From Lytechinus pictus (Eukaryota), in assembly GCF_037042905.1 (NCBI RefSeq), contig NC_087261.1:25546001-25610000 (forward strand): DNA of 64,000 nt, read 5' to 3'. Below, piece by piece: positions 63,539-64,000 of this stretch. The position numbers and the translations under genes were made by a program. Position 1 is the first letter of the stretch, and every line of letters begins with the position of its first letter. Under the pieces are notes generated by a model. The model was not told the DNA's origin. It ran no database searches and was given only the letters and a program-made list of their open reading frames with translations.

Positions 63539-64000
63539 AATGCTCTACGTCTGCGAAATGAAGGATTACAAAAAAGGGTTGTCTGATTCAAGCGGTAAGA
63601 AGAAACAAAAAGGTGGTAGAGATACCGTCTTAAATCTAGAGGGATTTCAAGACTCAGAGTCTCCGTGAGAGAATCCCTTTTTACATCATAAGTGGAGGTC
63701 TTATGCAATGGTAATGTTGTGGAAACATTCATGTAGAATCCTGTTGGTGAATTTTAACTGTGAATGTGATAAGCTATTGATATTCCTATACATGATTGGC
63801 CAAGATTTCACATTGATTTTTTCAAACCCTCATATGCAGGTGTTAAAGGGTTGGAAGGGAAAAGATGCAAATTAATTTCCGCAATAAGTTGCAGCTAGGT
63901 GGCTCAGATTTTGTTTTGGCGCCTTACTTGAAGCAAGAGTTGCTTGCAGGAATTCTGCTTTAAAGTTGCAAAGCATTGAATAAAGAGAGTTGCATGCATT

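Overview
Eukaryotic, AT-rich, intron-rich invertebrate DNA; the repeat style suggests a sea urchin or other echinoderm (inference). Three adjacent ribosome-biogenesis genes were reconstructed exon by exon: DDX24 (+, 15 exons, 15620-36478), PAK1IP1 (-, 9 exons, 40275-52635) and UTP23 (+, 3 coding exons, 59424-63538). PAK1IP1 and UTP23 probably share a compact bidirectional promoter. Head-to-head with DDX24 lies an intact two-exon 531-aa gene that looks like a transposase without its catalytic core, ending in a Tudor/Spin-like domain. Most unusual observations: (1) a 2772-bp palindromic Tc1 element made of two 3' halves carrying divergent DD34E ORFs, next to an empty copy of its own target site; (2) the same 9-bp-TSD element inserted independently into two copies of the same 5-bp-TSD MITE, in the first introns of DDX24 and PAK1IP1; (3) a U12-type intron in DDX24 whose donor is duplicated as an AT-type variant, plus several other duplicated DDX24 splice junctions. 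The rest is a decayed P-element transposase, MITEs, a SINE, LINE fragments and microsatellites. All coordinates and counts were read by eye; no searches were run.
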